Assembly (NCBI GenBank): GCA_965650765.1
Contig: CBFGPV010000006.1
Coordinates: 1,245-65,244 of the forward strand
Origin: an uncultured Burkholderiales bacterium
GTDB lineage: Bacteria; Pseudomonadota; Gammaproteobacteria; Burkholderiales; Burkholderiaceae_C
Length of the DNA stretch: 64,000 nt
Direction of reading: 5' to 3'
The notes under the pieces were generated by a model that ran no database searches, was not told the origin of the DNA, and saw only the letters and a program-made list of their open reading frames with translations. Shown piece after piece: positions 21,662-32,244 of this stretch. Position 1 is the first letter of the stretch; each line of letters starts with the position of its first letter. A program made the position numbers and the translations under genes.

Positions 21662-21931
21662 CGCCGGCTTTCCCCGTGACAACCCCGGGGGAATGGCGCC
21701 TGGGCTCATGTGCCTGTCGTGGGTGACGACCGCAGCGGTGAAAGCCGCAACGTGGCCACCACACCCATTGAAGCACAAGACCTGCGCGCGGGGCGGCACC
21801 GGATGACCGCAAGCCTGCATCACTGCCGGCAATCTTCGCCTAAGAGGCTGCTCACCCATGAAGCAGCGCCGACCGCGAAGTGCATCACCGGCACGCCCCT
21901 GGGTTGAGCAAACCTCCATACTGGAATTCTC

Positions 21932-22360
21932 ATGAAGACCTTCAGCGCCAAGCCGGCCGAAGTGACGCACGAGTGGTTTGTGATTGACGCCACCGACAAG
22001 GTGCTCGGACGAGTAGCCAGCGAAGTTGCTCTCCGTTTGCGCGGCAAACACAAGGCCATCTACACGCCTCACGTCGATACCGGTGATTTCATCGTCATCG
22101 TCAACGCCGACAAGATCCGTGTCACCGGCAGCAAGGCCGAACAAAAGGTGTACTACCGCCATTCGGGCTTCCCGGGCGGCATCTACGGCACCAAGTTCAA
22201 GGACATGCAGGCCAAGCATCCCGGCCGCGCTCTGGAGAAGGCCGTCAAGGGCATGCTCCCGAAGGGTCCTCTGGGCTACGCGATGATCAAGAAGCTGAAG
22301 GTGTACGCCGGTGCCTCGCACCCCCACACCGCCCAGCAGCCCAAAGTGCTCGAGATCTAA
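21932..22360 (+). CDS. rplM: 50S ribosomal protein L13
   Basis: 142 aa. [20 protein letters not shown] and the rest are typical L13. Confidence 0.97.
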   Translation: MKTFSAKPAEVTHEWFVIDATDKVLGRVASEVALRLRGKHKAIYTPHVDTGDFIVIVNADKIRVTGSKAEQKVYYRHSGFPGGIYGTKFKDMQAKHPGRALEKAVKGMLPKGPLGYAMIKKLKVYAGASHPHTAQQPKVLEI

Positions 22361-22369
22361 GGAGCGGCG

Positions 22370-22762
22370 ATGATCGGAAATTGGAACTATGGCACCGGCC
22401 GCCGCAAGTCTTCGGTGGCCCGTGTGTTCATCAAGAAGGGCTCCGGCCAGATCGTCGTGAACGGCAAGCCGGTCGAGCAGTACTTCGGCCGTCAGACGTC
22501 CATCATGATCGTGCGCCAGCCGCTGGTGCTGACCGCCAATGACGCGGCCTTCGACATCAAGGTCAACGTCCACGGTGGTGGCGAGTCCGGCCAGGCCGGC
22601 GCCGTGCGTCACGGCATCACGCGTGCCCTGATCGACTACGACGCGGCCCTGAAGTCCGCGCTCAGCCAGGCAGGCTACGTCACCCGCGACGCTCGTGAAG
22701 TCGAACGGAAGAAGGTCGGTCTGCACGGTGCACGTCGCCGCAAGCAGTTCAGCAAGCGCTGA
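22370..22762 (+). CDS. rpsI: 30S ribosomal protein S9
   Basis: 130 aa. C-terminus [17 protein letters not shown] is typical S9. Confidence 0.97.
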   Translation: MIGNWNYGTGRRKSSVARVFIKKGSGQIVVNGKPVEQYFGRQTSIMIVRQPLVLTANDAAFDIKVNVHGGGESGQAGAVRHGITRALIDYDAALKSALSQAGYVTRDAREVERKKVGLHGARRRKQFSKR

Positions 22763-22791
22763 TTTCGACCCTGGCGGATGTTCCGCTGGAT

Positions 22792-22826
22792 ACAAAGGCC
22801 GCCCTCGGGCGGCCTTTGTGCTTCTA
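22792..22826 (+). terminator. rho-independent terminator after rpsI
   Basis: Stem acaaaggccgcc, loop ctcg, stem ggcggcctttgt, followed by gcttct. Confidence 0.8.
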
Positions 22827-22898
22827 CAATCGTTTTCCACCTATGTTTCTCGAGGCGGCAGCCCATGACGCTCCCGCCCGCTTCGTTTGGAGTCTCAC

Positions 22899-23951
22899 AT
22901 GATCAAGGTCGGTATCGTCGGCGGCACGGGCTACACCGGGGTGGAGCTGCTGCGCCTGCTCAGCCAGCATCCCGGGGTCGAGATCACCGCCATCACCTCG
23001 CGCAAGGAAGCCGGCATGCCGGTGGCCGACATGTATCCGTCGCTGCGCGGCCGTGTGAAGCTGGCTTTCGTGAGCCCGGACGAGGCACAGCTCGATCAGT
23101 GCAACGTCGTCTTTTTTGCCACGCCGCACGGTGTGGCGATGGCCCAGGCGCGTGAGCTGCTGGCCGCAGGGGTCAAGGTCATCGACCTGGCCGCCGACTT
23201 CCGCCTCAAGGACACCGCCGAGTTCGAGAAGTGGTACGGCATGCCGCATGCGTGTCCCGACCTGCTGGCCGAAGCCGTCTATGGCCTTCCCGAACTGAAC
23301 CGCGAGGCGATCCGCAAGGCCCGCATCATCGGCAACCCCGGCTGTTACCCGACGAGCGTGCAGCTCGGCCTGGCACCGCTGCTGCGCACGCCCGGCCTGG
23401 TCGATGCGTCGCACCTGATTGCCAACTGCGCCTCGGGCGTGTCCGGCGCGGGCCGCAAGGCCGAGGTGCACACCCTCATGTCCGAGGCCAGTGACAACTT
23501 CAAGGCCTATGGCGTGAAGGGTCACCGGCACGGGCCCGAGATCAATCAGCAGTTGCGCACCATCGCGGGCGTCTCGCCGGGCTCCTCCGAAGTCCACTGC
23601 CTGTTCGTGCCGCACCTGATCCCGGCGATCCGCGGCATCCACTCGACGCTGTATGCGCGCCTGACACCCGCTGGTCAGGCGGTCGATCTGCAGCAGCTGT
23701 TCGAGGACTGCTACCGCGGTGAACATTTCATCGACGTGATGCCGCCGGGTTCGGCGCCCGAAACCCGCTCGGTGCGCGCGTCGAACTACGTGCGCATTGC
23801 GGTGCACAAGCCCCAGCCTGATCTCGCGATGGTGCTGGTTGTCGAGGACAACCTCACCAAAGGCGCCTCGGGCCAGGCCGTGCAGTGCATGAACCTGATG
23901 TGTGGCCTGGACGAGACCGCCGGGCTGACCCTCGTGCCGGTCCTGCCCTGA
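22899..23951 (+). CDS. argC: N-acetyl-gamma-glutamyl-phosphate reductase
   Basis: Start at [14 protein letters not shown], with SD ggag 7 nt upstream. Active-site motif GNPGCYPT. Confidence 0.93.
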   Translation: MIKVGIVGGTGYTGVELLRLLSQHPGVEITAITSRKEAGMPVADMYPSLRGRVKLAFVSPDEAQLDQCNVVFFATPHGVAMAQARELLAAGVKVIDLAADFRLKDTAEFEKWYGMPHACPDLLAEAVYGLPELNREAIRKARIIGNPGCYPTSVQLGLAPLLRTPGLVDASHLIANCASGVSGAGRKAEVHTLMSEASDNFKAYGVKGHRHGPEINQQLRTIAGVSPGSSEVHCLFVPHLIPAIRGIHSTLYARLTPAGQAVDLQQLFEDCYRGEHFIDVMPPGSAPETRSVRASNYVRIAVHKPQPDLAMVLVVEDNLTKGASGQAVQCMNLMCGLDETAGLTLVPVLP

Positions 23952-23973
23952 GACCCGCGGCGCAGGCTCGCAC

Positions 23974-24684
23974 GTGCGCTGGAAGCTGCTGAAGCGCCGG
24001 CTCTCGATCAGCGCCCCGCGCGTGATCGTCCGCAGCCACCTGCCCTGGCCGCTGCGCTGGGCCGTGTTTGCGCTGATGCTGGGCTTTTCTGCGGCCCTGG
24101 CACTGTGGGCCTTCGAGTTCGGCAAGTCGCTGGCCGGGGTCGGGCAGGCCAATCGCCAGGAACTGCTCGAACTGCGCGCCGAACTGGCCGCGTTGCGCGG
24201 CGAACGCGAGCAGGCCCGCTCGATCGCGAACACCGCCGACAGCCTGCTGCGCAGTGAACGTGTGGCCCAGGAGCGGCTGGCGGCCCAGATCAAGGTGCTC
24301 GAAGCCGAGAACCTGGCGCTGCGCGAGGACCTGGGCTTTTTCGAGCAACTGATGCCCGCGGGTGAGTCCGGTGCCTTGATCGTGCGGGGCCTGCACGCCG
24401 AGCTGGTGATGCCCGGACAGCTCAGGTTTCAGATGCTGGTGATGCGCAACGGGCGCAACCTGCCGGACTTCCGCGGACGCTATGAGCTGTCCTTGCGCGG
24501 CCGACTCGACGGCCGCCCCTGGACCCATGCCATGCCGGGGGGCGCGCGTGCGCTTGAACTGAAGCACTACCAGCGCACGGAAGGTGTGATCGATTTCCCG
24601 GCTGCGGCCGTTGTCGAGGCGGTGGAGGTCAAGGTGACCAACCTGCAGGGCGCTGTGCAGGCCCGGCAGACGACCGATCTGTGA
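23974..24684 (+). CDS. membrane-anchored coiled-coil protein (DUF6776-like), upstream partner of bactofilin
   Basis: 236 aa. One TM segment (WAVFALMLGFSAALALWAF), then a heptad-like segment ELLELRAELAALRGEREQ. Function is assigned only from context. Confidence 0.6.
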   Translation: MRWKLLKRRLSISAPRVIVRSHLPWPLRWAVFALMLGFSAALALWAFEFGKSLAGVGQANRQELLELRAELAALRGEREQARSIANTADSLLRSERVAQERLAAQIKVLEAENLALREDLGFFEQLMPAGESGALIVRGLHAELVMPGQLRFQMLVMRNGRNLPDFRGRYELSLRGRLDGRPWTHAMPGGARALELKHYQRTEGVIDFPAAAVVEAVEVKVTNLQGAVQARQTTDL

Positions 24685-24733
24685 ACCCGGGCCCGGGCCC
24701 GCGGCCCGAGCTGCCCACACTCAGGAGACACAC

Positions 24734-25135
24734 ATGTTTGGCAAGAAGCAGCAGCCGCCCATCCGCAGCCTCATCGGTGAGGGCACCCGTGTCGAAGGGC
24801 AGCTCCACTTCACGGACGGCCTGAGGATCGATGGGGAGGTGGTTGGCGACGTGATCTCGCAAGGCGAGGGCCCGAGCATCGTGGTGATCAGCGAAAAAGC
24901 CCGGGTGGCCGGCAAGGTCAAGGCTGACCATGTCATCATCAACGGAACGGTGGAAGGCCCGGTCCTGTCGCTGGAGCTGCTGGAACTGCAGCCCAAGGCG
25001 CGCATCGTGGGCGATGTGAACTATCAAGCCCTCGAAATGCACCAGGGTGCCACGATCGACGGGCTGCTCCATCCGCTGACGGCCGAGGAAAAGCCCGGCC
25101 TCGCCGCGTTGAAGCTGGCGTCCAGTAACGGATAA
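24734..25135 (+). CDS. bactofilin family cytoskeletal protein
   Basis: 133 aa. Beta-helix repeats with [27 protein letters not shown] and [18 protein letters not shown] aggaga. Confidence 0.85.
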   Translation: MFGKKQQPPIRSLIGEGTRVEGQLHFTDGLRIDGEVVGDVISQGEGPSIVVISEKARVAGKVKADHVIINGTVEGPVLSLELLELQPKARIVGDVNYQALEMHQGATIDGLLHPLTAEEKPGLAALKLASSNG

Positions 25136-25166
25136 TCCCGTCATCCACGGGTTCCCAGGAGTATTC

Positions 25167-25532
25167 ATGAGTGCAGTTGCCGCAGAGATCCAGACCGAGA
25201 TGCCGGCACCCATCGTCTTCACCGACAGCGCCGCCGGCAAGGTCAAGGAGCTGGTCGACGAAGAGGGCAACCCCGAGCTGAAGCTGCGCGTGTTCGTGCA
25301 GGGCGGTGGTTGCTCCGGCTTCCAGTACGGGTTCACGTTCGACGAAATCGTCAACGAAGACGACACCCAGATGCAGAAGAATGGCGTGACGCTGCTGATC
25401 GACGCCATGAGCCTGCAGTACCTCGTCGGTGCCGAGATCGACTACAAGGAAGACCTCGAAGGCGCCCAGTTCGTGATCAAGAATCCGAACGCGACGACCA
25501 CCTGCGGCTGCGGGTCGAGTTTTTCCGTCTGA
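25167..25532 (+). CDS. erpA: iron-sulfur cluster insertion protein ErpA
   Basis: 121 aa. [11 protein letters not shown] and C-terminal CGCGSSF. Confidence 0.93.
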   Translation: MSAVAAEIQTEMPAPIVFTDSAAGKVKELVDEEGNPELKLRVFVQGGGCSGFQYGFTFDEIVNEDDTQMQKNGVTLLIDAMSLQYLVGAEIDYKEDLEGAQFVIKNPNATTTCGCGSSFSV

Positions 25533-25606
25533 GGTTTCGCTTTAAGGCCCGCGCCCGGCCGGCCTTGGCGCGGGTCCGGGCCTGGGTTTGCGCGTCGGCC
25601 TGAACG

Positions 25607-26734
25607 TCAGGCCGGATACACAGCACCCAGTACACGGGGGCCATGCGCCCCGGTGACTTCCTGTCGGTTGCCCGGTTCACCGGCCAGACACGCGCTGGCC
25701 AGCCATGCAAAGGCCGCAGCTTCCACCTGCAGCGGCGGCAGGCCCCATGCTGAAGAGTCGCGCACCCGCAGCATCGGCCGCCGAGCCGCCAGGCGCGTCA
25801 TCAGGTGCGCATTCAGCGCCCCCCCGCCACAGACGACCAGCTCTTCCGTCTGCGGGGCATGGCGTTCCAGGTGCAGCACCACACAGCTTGCCGTGAACTC
25901 GCACAGCGTCGCCTGAACATCGGCGGGCGCGAGCCCAGGCCAGCGGCCCAGATGCGCGTCGAGCCAGTCGGCGTCGAACAGATCACGCCCGGTGCTCTTC
26001 GGGGGCGCCAGCTGCAGCCAGGGCTCCCGCATCAGGTCGGCCAGCAGGCCCGGATGCACCTGCCCGGACGCGGCCCAGCGGCCACCTGCATCGAAGGGCT
26101 GGCCGTGATGCCGGCGAATCCAGTGATCCATCAGTACGTTGGCCGGGCCGCAGTCGAATCCACGCACCGGCCCGTCGGACGGCAGCAGGCTGAGGTTCGC
26201 GATGCCGCCCAGATTGAGCGCGGCCACGTCCCGATCCGGTCGGTGCCACAACATCCGGTGGAAGGCCGGCACCAGCGGTGCCCCTTGTCCACCGGCAGCC
26301 ACGTCGCGGCTGCGGAAGTCGGCCACGACGGCGATGCCGGTCAGCTCAGCCAGGAGGGCCGGTTGGTTGATCTGCAGGGTGTAGCCCCGGCCGTCGTAGG
26401 CCTGGGGCTGATGGCGCACCGTCTGGCCGTGGGCGCCGATGGCGCGTATCGCCGTGGCCGTGTTGCCGGTCTGTGTGAGCAGGCGGTGCACGACCTCGGC
26501 ATAGGTTTCAGCCAGGCGATTGGCGGCCAGCGCCGCACGGTGGAGTTCGTTGTCACCCGGCCGGTTGAGCAGCAGCAGGGCCTCGCGCAAGGCAGGATCG
26601 AAAGGCTGGCTCGCATGGGCCAGCACCTTGACCGTGGCCGAATCGCCCTGCGCCTGCGGATGCAGTTCGGCGAGCACGCCGTCCACCCCGTCCAGCGAGG
26701 TGCCGGACATCAGGCCGATGAAAAGCCCGCTCAC
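25607..26734 (-). CDS. anmK: anhydro-N-acetylmuramic acid kinase
   Basis: 375 aa. N-terminus GLMSGTSLDGVDGVLA. The GTG start overlaps the stop of the upstream M23 gene (GTGA). Confidence 0.92.
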   Translation of the reverse strand: MSGLFIGLMSGTSLDGVDGVLAELHPQAQGDSATVKVLAHASQPFDPALREALLLLNRPGDNELHRAALAANRLAETYAEVVHRLLTQTGNTATAIRAIGAHGQTVRHQPQAYDGRGYTLQINQPALLAELTGIAVVADFRSRDVAAGGQGAPLVPAFHRMLWHRPDRDVAALNLGGIANLSLLPSDGPVRGFDCGPANVLMDHWIRRHHGQPFDAGGRWAASGQVHPGLLADLMREPWLQLAPPKSTGRDLFDADWLDAHLGRWPGLAPADVQATLCEFTASCVVLHLERHAPQTEELVVCGGGALNAHLMTRLAARRPMLRVRDSSAWGLPPLQVEAAAFAWLASACLAGEPGNRQEVTGAHGPRVLGAVYPA

Positions 26735-28101
26735 TCCGCCACGGCAAACCGCTGGCCGCTTGCCGCCGCCAGCTGGGTCTTGAGCGACAGCGCATGGGCC
26801 TGGAAGCGCACCATGGCCGCGGGCGAAATCGTCATCGCCTCGGAGGCGCGCGCCACCTGCAGCGGGTCGACATGGTTGCCGCCCTGGCGGAACTCGAAGT
26901 GCAGGTGCGGCCCGGTGGCCCAGCCGGTGGCGCCCACGGCGCCGATCAGCTGACCTTGCTCGACCCGCTGCCCCTTGCGCACATCGATGCGGCTGAGGTG
27001 GGCATAGACGGTTTCGCGGTCGCCGCTGTGGCGGACGTAGACCACGTTGCCGTAGCCGTTCTGCACGCCGGCGAATTCGACAATGCCGTCACCGACCGTG
27101 CGCACCGGCGTGCCGGTGGGGGCACCGTAGTCGACGCCCAGGTGCCGTCGCCAGGTCTTGAGCACGGGGTGGAAGCGCATCGAGAACCCGGAGGTCACGC
27201 GTGAGAATTCCATCGGCGAGCTCAGGAACGCGCGGCGCATGCTGCGGCCCTTGAAGTCGAAATAGGCGCCCTTGTTGCCAGGCTCCTGGAACCACACGGC
27301 CTCGTAGGCCTTGCCGTTGTTGGTGAACTGGGCCGCCAGCACACGGCCGGCCGCCTGGTTCCAGGTGATGGCCTCGCCGTCGGCTTCCAGGCCTTCGTAG
27401 ACCACCGTGAAGTGGTCGCCGCGGCGCAGGTCGCGGCGGAAGTCGATTTCGGTCGAGAAGATCTCGGCGAGCTGGATCGCGACGTTGTCGGGCAGGCGAG
27501 ATTCATCGGTCGCGGCAAACAGCGACGAGCGGATGATGCCGCCACTCAGGCGTACGCTGGCCTGCAAAGGGGCCTGCTCGATGCGGGTCTGCCAGCCGGC
27601 TGCGTCGCGCGTGACCGTCAGGCGGGTGAAGTGAGTGCTGAACCGCTCGGACTGTTCGGCCGGGTAGCGTGCGACCAGCTGGCGCAGCTCGCCCAGGTCG
27701 CCGGTCTGCGCCTGCACCATCTTGCCCGGCCGGCCGGCCAGCAGCTTGCGTGCCACCGGGTCGGTGCGCAGGAAGCGCGCGGCTTCGGCATCGACCACCC
27801 CGAGGCGGCTGAGCAGGCTGTCGGCCGTGTCGCTCGCGCGGGTCAGGTCACTGCGGGTGAGTTCGATCGAGTGCTCATCCAGGGCCTCGATCTGATCGTC
27901 GAGCGCCAGAGGGGTGACCGACTCGGCAATCACACGCTTGGGCAGATCGGCCGCATCGGGTGCCAGCGGCGCAACGCCGAAGGCAGTGATCCCCGTTCCC
28001 AGCAGCACGGTCACGACAGCGGCGGCGATCGCCTTGTGGTGACGGTGGGCCCATTGTGTGGCGTCGGCAAACCCGCGCTCCAAAGACTCCAACGATTTCA
28101 A
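26731..28101 (-). CDS. M23 family peptidoglycan DD-metalloendopeptidase
   Basis: C-terminal M23 motifs HLGVDYGAPTGTPV and GWATGPHLHFEF. One TM segment near the N-terminus. The start is uncertain: TTG candidates at 28101, 28092 and 28083. ATG 28305 would overlap the divergent tyrS. Confidence 0.8.
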   Translation of the reverse strand: MKSLESLERGFADATQWAHRHHKAIAAAVVTVLLGTGITAFGVAPLAPDAADLPKRVIAESVTPLALDDQIEALDEHSIELTRSDLTRASDTADSLLSRLGVVDAEAARFLRTDPVARKLLAGRPGKMVQAQTGDLGELRQLVARYPAEQSERFSTHFTRLTVTRDAAGWQTRIEQAPLQASVRLSGGIIRSSLFAATDESRLPDNVAIQLAEIFSTEIDFRRDLRRGDHFTVVYEGLEADGEAITWNQAAGRVLAAQFTNNGKAYEAVWFQEPGNKGAYFDFKGRSMRRAFLSSPMEFSRVTSGFSMRFHPVLKTWRRHLGVDYGAPTGTPVRTVGDGIVEFAGVQNGYGNVVYVRHSGDRETVYAHLSRIDVRKGQRVEQGQLIGAVGATGWATGPHLHFEFRQGGNHVDPLQVARASEAMTISPAAMVRFQAHALSLKTQLAAASGQRFAVAE

Positions 28102-28297
28102 TTCTGGTCTTTTGGCTGGGAGGCAGACTGCAGCAGGCGCCGGGCGCTGGCTGCAGGCCGCCAGGTGTTGAACCTGGCCCGCGGACCCGAGGCACCAGAG
28201 GGTGTCCACTAGAATCCGGGGTCGCTTGGGAATGCTTGTTCTTGGCGCGGCGGAGTATATCAACCGCCTTCTGCCGTCCCTCTCTGAAAAAACCCGT

Positions 28298-29572
28298 ATG
28301 TCCACTCCTGCTGCTCAGTCTTCCGTCACAAGTACTCACCAAGTGTCGGCTTCTGCCCCGAAGTACCCGATCACTGACAAGGTTCGTGAGGCGATGAGCG
28401 TTTCCTTGCGAGGATGTGACGAACTTTTGCCTCAGGAAGACTGGCTGCACAAGCTTGCACGTTCTGAAGCAACTGGCGTGCCACTGCGCATCAAGCTCGG
28501 GCTGGACCCGACGGCGCCGGACATCCATGTCGGCCATACCGTCGTGCTGAACAAGATGCGTCAGCTCCAGGACCTGGGGCACACGGTGATCTTCCTGATC
28601 GGCGACTTCACCTCGATGATCGGCGACCCGTCCGGGCGCAACACCACCCGCCCGCCGCTGACGGCCGAGCAGATCAAGGCGAATGCCGAAACCTACTACC
28701 GTCAGGCCAGCCTGGTGCTCGACCCGGCGCGTACCGAGATCCGGTACAACTCCGAGTGGAGCGATCCGCTGGGGGCGCGCGGCATGATCCAGCTGGCGGC
28801 CCGGTACACCGTGGCCCGCATGATGGAGCGCAACGACTTTCATGACCGGTTCAAGGCCGGCACGCCGATTTCCGTGCACGAGTTCCTGTATCCGCTGATG
28901 CAGGGTTATGACTCGGTGGCCTTGCGCAGCGACCTCGAACTGGGCGGCACCGACCAGAAGTTCAACCTGCTGATGGGGCGCCACCTGCAGCAGGAATACG
29001 GCCAGGAGCCTCAGTGCATCCTCACGATGCCGCTGCTCGAAGGGCTGGACGGTGTCGAGAAGATGTCCAAGTCCAAAGGCAACTACATCGGCATCGCCGA
29101 GCCGGCCAAGGACATGTTCGCCAAGCTGCTGTCGATCAGCGACACGCTGATGTGGAAGTACTTCACGCTGCTGAGCTTCCGCTCGGAGGCCGAGATCGCG
29201 CGCCTGAAGGCCGAGGTCGAGGCGGGTCGCAACCCCAAGGAAGCCAAGGTGATGCTGGCCAAGGAGATCACCGCACGCTTCCACAGTGCCCAGGCCGCCG
29301 ACGAGGCCGAAGCCGACTTCAACAACCGCGCGCGTGGCGGTGTGCCCGACGACATTCCCGAGCTTTCGCTGTCCGGTGCGCCCCTGGGCATCGGTGCCTT
29401 GCTCAAGCAGGCCAACCTGGTGGCCTCGGGCAGCGAGGCCATGCGCATGGTGGAGCAAGGTGGCGTGAAGATCGACGGCACCACCATCAGCGACAAGGGC
29501 CTCAAGGTCGAAGCGGGCACTTACGTCGTGCAGGTCGGCAAGCGCAAGTTCGCCCGCGTCACGCTGGCCTGA
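28298..29572 (+). CDS. tyrS: tyrosine--tRNA ligase (type 2)
   Basis: HIGH-type motif PDIHVGHTV and KMSKS motif [10 protein letters not shown], with a C-terminal S4 domain. The start (ATG 28298 or GTG 28343) has no clear SD. Confidence 0.9.
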   Translation: MSTPAAQSSVTSTHQVSASAPKYPITDKVREAMSVSLRGCDELLPQEDWLHKLARSEATGVPLRIKLGLDPTAPDIHVGHTVVLNKMRQLQDLGHTVIFLIGDFTSMIGDPSGRNTTRPPLTAEQIKANAETYYRQASLVLDPARTEIRYNSEWSDPLGARGMIQLAARYTVARMMERNDFHDRFKAGTPISVHEFLYPLMQGYDSVALRSDLELGGTDQKFNLLMGRHLQQEYGQEPQCILTMPLLEGLDGVEKMSKSKGNYIGIAEPAKDMFAKLLSISDTLMWKYFTLLSFRSEAEIARLKAEVEAGRNPKEAKVMLAKEITARFHSAQAADEAEADFNNRARGGVPDDIPELSLSGAPLGIGALLKQANLVASGSEAMRMVEQGGVKIDGTTISDKGLKVEAGTYVVQVGKRKFARVTLA

Positions 29573-29593
29573 CACCCGCTCTGGCGCTGCCGC

Positions 29594-30493
29594 ATGAACC
29601 TCACGCGCTACCTGAAGCTGTCGGTCGCGGCAGCGGTGGCGACGATCGGCCTGAAGATGGCCGCCTGGTGGGTGACCGGTTCGGTCGGGCTGCTGTCCGA
29701 TGCGATGGAGTCCTTCGTCAATCTGGCGGCGGCGCTGTTCGGCCTGGCCATGGTTGCGGTGGCCCACACGCCGCCGGACGATGACCACCCGTATGGCCAT
29801 GGCAAGGCTGAGTACTTCTCCAGCGGTTTCGAGGGCCTGCTGATCCTGGCGGCCGGTGCGGCCATCGTCTGGGTGGCGGTGGAGCGGTTGATTTCGCCCC
29901 AGCCGGTCGAGGCCATCGGGCTGGGGGTGGTGCTGTCCCTGGTGAGTTCGGTCATCAACGGTGCCGTGGCCTGGGTGCTGCTGCGGGCGGCCCGGGCCCA
30001 TGACTCGATCGCGCTGGAGGCGGGTGGCCGTCACCTGATGACCGACGTCTGGACGTCGGCCGGCGTGGCTGGCGGCGTGCTGCTGGTGCCGGTGACCGGT
30101 TGGCTGTGGTTGGACCCGCTGCTGGCCATCGCCGTGGCGCTCAACATCATGGTCGAGGCCTGGAGCCTGGTGCGTCGTTCGGTCGACGGCCTGATGGACC
30201 GGGCCCTGTCCGACAGCGAACGGCAGGCCATCGATCGGGTGCTGGTGGATCTGGCTGGCGCCGAACTGCGGTTCGATTCGGTCCGCACGCGCCGTGCGGC
30301 CACCCTGAAGTTCTGTGAGCTGCACATGCATGTGCCCGGCAGCTGGTCGCTCGCAACGGCGGCCGCGCAGCGCGAGGTCGTCGAGCGCGCGCTGATGGAC
30401 GCCGTGCCCCGGCTGCGTGTGACCATCGAGTTGCTGCCCACCCATGTGGAACCGCTGTCCGAGCGTGCGCCCGACGCACCGGAGGCCTCCTGA
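29594..30493 (+). CDS. cation diffusion facilitator family transporter
   Basis: 299 aa. TM2 motif [11 protein letters not shown] and TM5 motif HLMTDVWTS. Confidence 0.88.
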   Translation: MNLTRYLKLSVAAAVATIGLKMAAWWVTGSVGLLSDAMESFVNLAAALFGLAMVAVAHTPPDDDHPYGHGKAEYFSSGFEGLLILAAGAAIVWVAVERLISPQPVEAIGLGVVLSLVSSVINGAVAWVLLRAARAHDSIALEAGGRHLMTDVWTSAGVAGGVLLVPVTGWLWLDPLLAIAVALNIMVEAWSLVRRSVDGLMDRALSDSERQAIDRVLVDLAGAELRFDSVRTRRAATLKFCELHMHVPGSWSLATAAAQREVVERALMDAVPRLRVTIELLPTHVEPLSERAPDAPEAS

Positions 30494-30942
30494 TGCTCGC
30501 GCTGGTGCAGCGGGTGCGCGAGGCGCGTGTGGAGGTCGACGGGCGTGTCACCGGCGCCATCGCCCAGGGCCTGCTGGTGCTGGTGTGCGCCGAACGCGGG
30601 GACACCGATGCCCAGGCCGACCGTCTGGTCGACAAGCTGCTCAAGCTGCGCATCTTCAGCGACCCGGCGGGCCGGATGAACCTGAGCGTGCAGGACGTCG
30701 GCGGCGGCCTGCTGCTGGTTTCGCAGTTCACGCTCGCCGCCGACACCTCGGGCGGCAACCGGCCGAGTTTTGCGCAGGCCGCTGGCGCGGACGAAGGGCG
30801 CCGGCTCTACGAGCGCGTCGTGACTCAGGCGCGCCTGCGCCACCCTGAGGTGGCCACCGGCGAATTTGGCGCCGACATGCAGGTTCACCTCGTCAATGAC
30901 GGCCCGGTGACGATCCCGATGCGGCTGGCCCCGCCCGAATGA
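30493..30942 (+). CDS. dtd: D-aminoacyl-tRNA deacylase
   Basis: 149 aa. [13 protein letters not shown] and the C-terminal NDGPVTI motif. The ATG overlaps the CDF gene stop. Confidence 0.92.
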   Translation: MLALVQRVREARVEVDGRVTGAIAQGLLVLVCAERGDTDAQADRLVDKLLKLRIFSDPAGRMNLSVQDVGGGLLLVSQFTLAADTSGGNRPSFAQAAGADEGRRLYERVVTQARLRHPEVATGEFGADMQVHLVNDGPVTIPMRLAPPE

Positions 30943-30977
30943 AAAAAAGCCGCCGGGGCACTGGTGCCCGGGCGGCT
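30942..30977 (-). terminator. rho-independent terminator (minus-strand sense) downstream of the Bug/TctC gene
   Basis: Minus strand reads agccgcccgggcac-ca-gtgccccggcggct followed by T7. On the plus strand the run is A7, so it is effective mainly for the minus-strand transcript. Confidence 0.7.
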
Positions 30978-31041
30978 CATACCGGTGGAAGCCCCGCCGC
31001 GGCGGCAGCTTCCGGTCGACGTGTCGGTCGACGGGGGTCGA

Positions 31042-32016
31042 TCAGTCGGCGTACTGGCCGGCGGCCTTGATGACCGGGCCCCACTTGTTGATCTCGGCCT
31101 CGACGAACTTCTTGTGGTCAGCCGGGTTCACGCGGGCATCGGTCGTCACCACGGCACCCAGGGCTTCCTGGCGCTTGATGAAGTCGGGGTCCTTCAGGGC
31201 GACCTTCAGTGCAGCATTGATCTTGTCGAGTACCGGCTTGGGCGTGCCCTTCGGCGCGTACAGGCCGTGCCAGATCGACACGTCAAAGCCCTTCAGGCCG
31301 GCTTCGTCCAGCGTCGGCAGGTCCTTCAGCGTCGGCGTGTTCAGGCGCTTCGTGCTGGTCACGGCAAAGGCCTTGACCTTCTTGCCTTCGATCTGCGGCG
31401 TGGTGTTCGTGGTCTGGTCGCACATGATGTCGACCTGCCCGCCGATCAGGTCGGTCATGGCCGGGCCGGTGCCCTTGTACGGGACCGTGACCATGTCGAC
31501 CTTCCAGGTCGACTGCAGCAGCAGGCCGCACAGGTGCGACGCGGCGCCCAGGCCGGCATTGGCCAGGTTGATCTTGCCCTTGTTGTCGTTGATCCACTTG
31601 CTGAGCTCGGCGTAGTTGTTCGCCGGCAGCGTCGGGCGCGAGATCAGCGTCATCGGCACTTCATTGATCAGGCCGAGGTACTCGAAGTCGTCCAGGGGCT
31701 TGAACTGCAGGTTGCGGTACAGCGCCGGGGCGGTCGAGATGCCGATGTGCCACAGCAGCAGCGTGTAGCCGTCGGCCGATGCCTTGGCAACCTTGGTGCC
31801 GCCCAGCGTGCCGCCGGCGCCAGCCACGTTTTCGACGATCACCTGGCCGCCCAGCGGTTTGCGCATGGCTTCGGCGAGGTCACGAGCCACCTTGTCGGTC
31901 GGGCCGCCGGCTGCGAACGGCACCACAAACGTCACCGGCTTGGAGCCGGGAAAGTCCTGGGCGAAGGCCCCGGACACCGCCAGAGCCGCGGTGGCGGCCA
32001 GCAACAGCTTCTTCAT
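31042..32016 (-). CDS. Bug/TctC family tripartite tricarboxylate transporter substrate-binding protein
   Basis: 324 aa. Signal peptide, then FVVPFAAGGPTD and VPYKGTGPAMTDLIGGQVD motifs. No adjacent tctA/tctB. Confidence 0.88.
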   Translation of the reverse strand: MKKLLLAATAALAVSGAFAQDFPGSKPVTFVVPFAAGGPTDKVARDLAEAMRKPLGGQVIVENVAGAGGTLGGTKVAKASADGYTLLLWHIGISTAPALYRNLQFKPLDDFEYLGLINEVPMTLISRPTLPANNYAELSKWINDNKGKINLANAGLGAASHLCGLLLQSTWKVDMVTVPYKGTGPAMTDLIGGQVDIMCDQTTNTTPQIEGKKVKAFAVTSTKRLNTPTLKDLPTLDEAGLKGFDVSIWHGLYAPKGTPKPVLDKINAALKVALKDPDFIKRQEALGAVVTTDARVNPADHKKFVEAEINKWGPVIKAAGQYAD

Positions 32017-32244
32017 GTGTGCGTCTCCTGAAATGTGGACACGGTGGTAAGAACGGCTGAATCGTAGGGCCCTGTCCGGGAGGCGCCATGACGGAAACTA
32101 CGTAAGGGGGCTGCCGCGCATCAATCAGGAGGGTCATATCGCCTTATTGCTTCAGGCGATATGTAGATGACGATTCCGTATTGGACGCGAATAAGGGGCC
32201 CGCCTACCCTGACGGACATCCGTTGTTCTGTCCAGGTGGTCGTG

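Noticed and set aside
21840-21893. GAAGCAGC-containing hairpin upstream of rplM as a possible SRP (4.5S) RNA
   Set aside because: It lacks the GGAA tetraloop and the symmetric and asymmetric loop arrangement of SRP domain IV, and the flanking helices do not match. It is treated instead as part of the rplM leader.
27875-30445. 856-aa minus-strand ORF opposite M23-5'/tyrS/CDF
   Set aside because: It is antisense to tyrS (HIGH and KMSKS motifs present) and to the CDF transporter. Shadow ORF.
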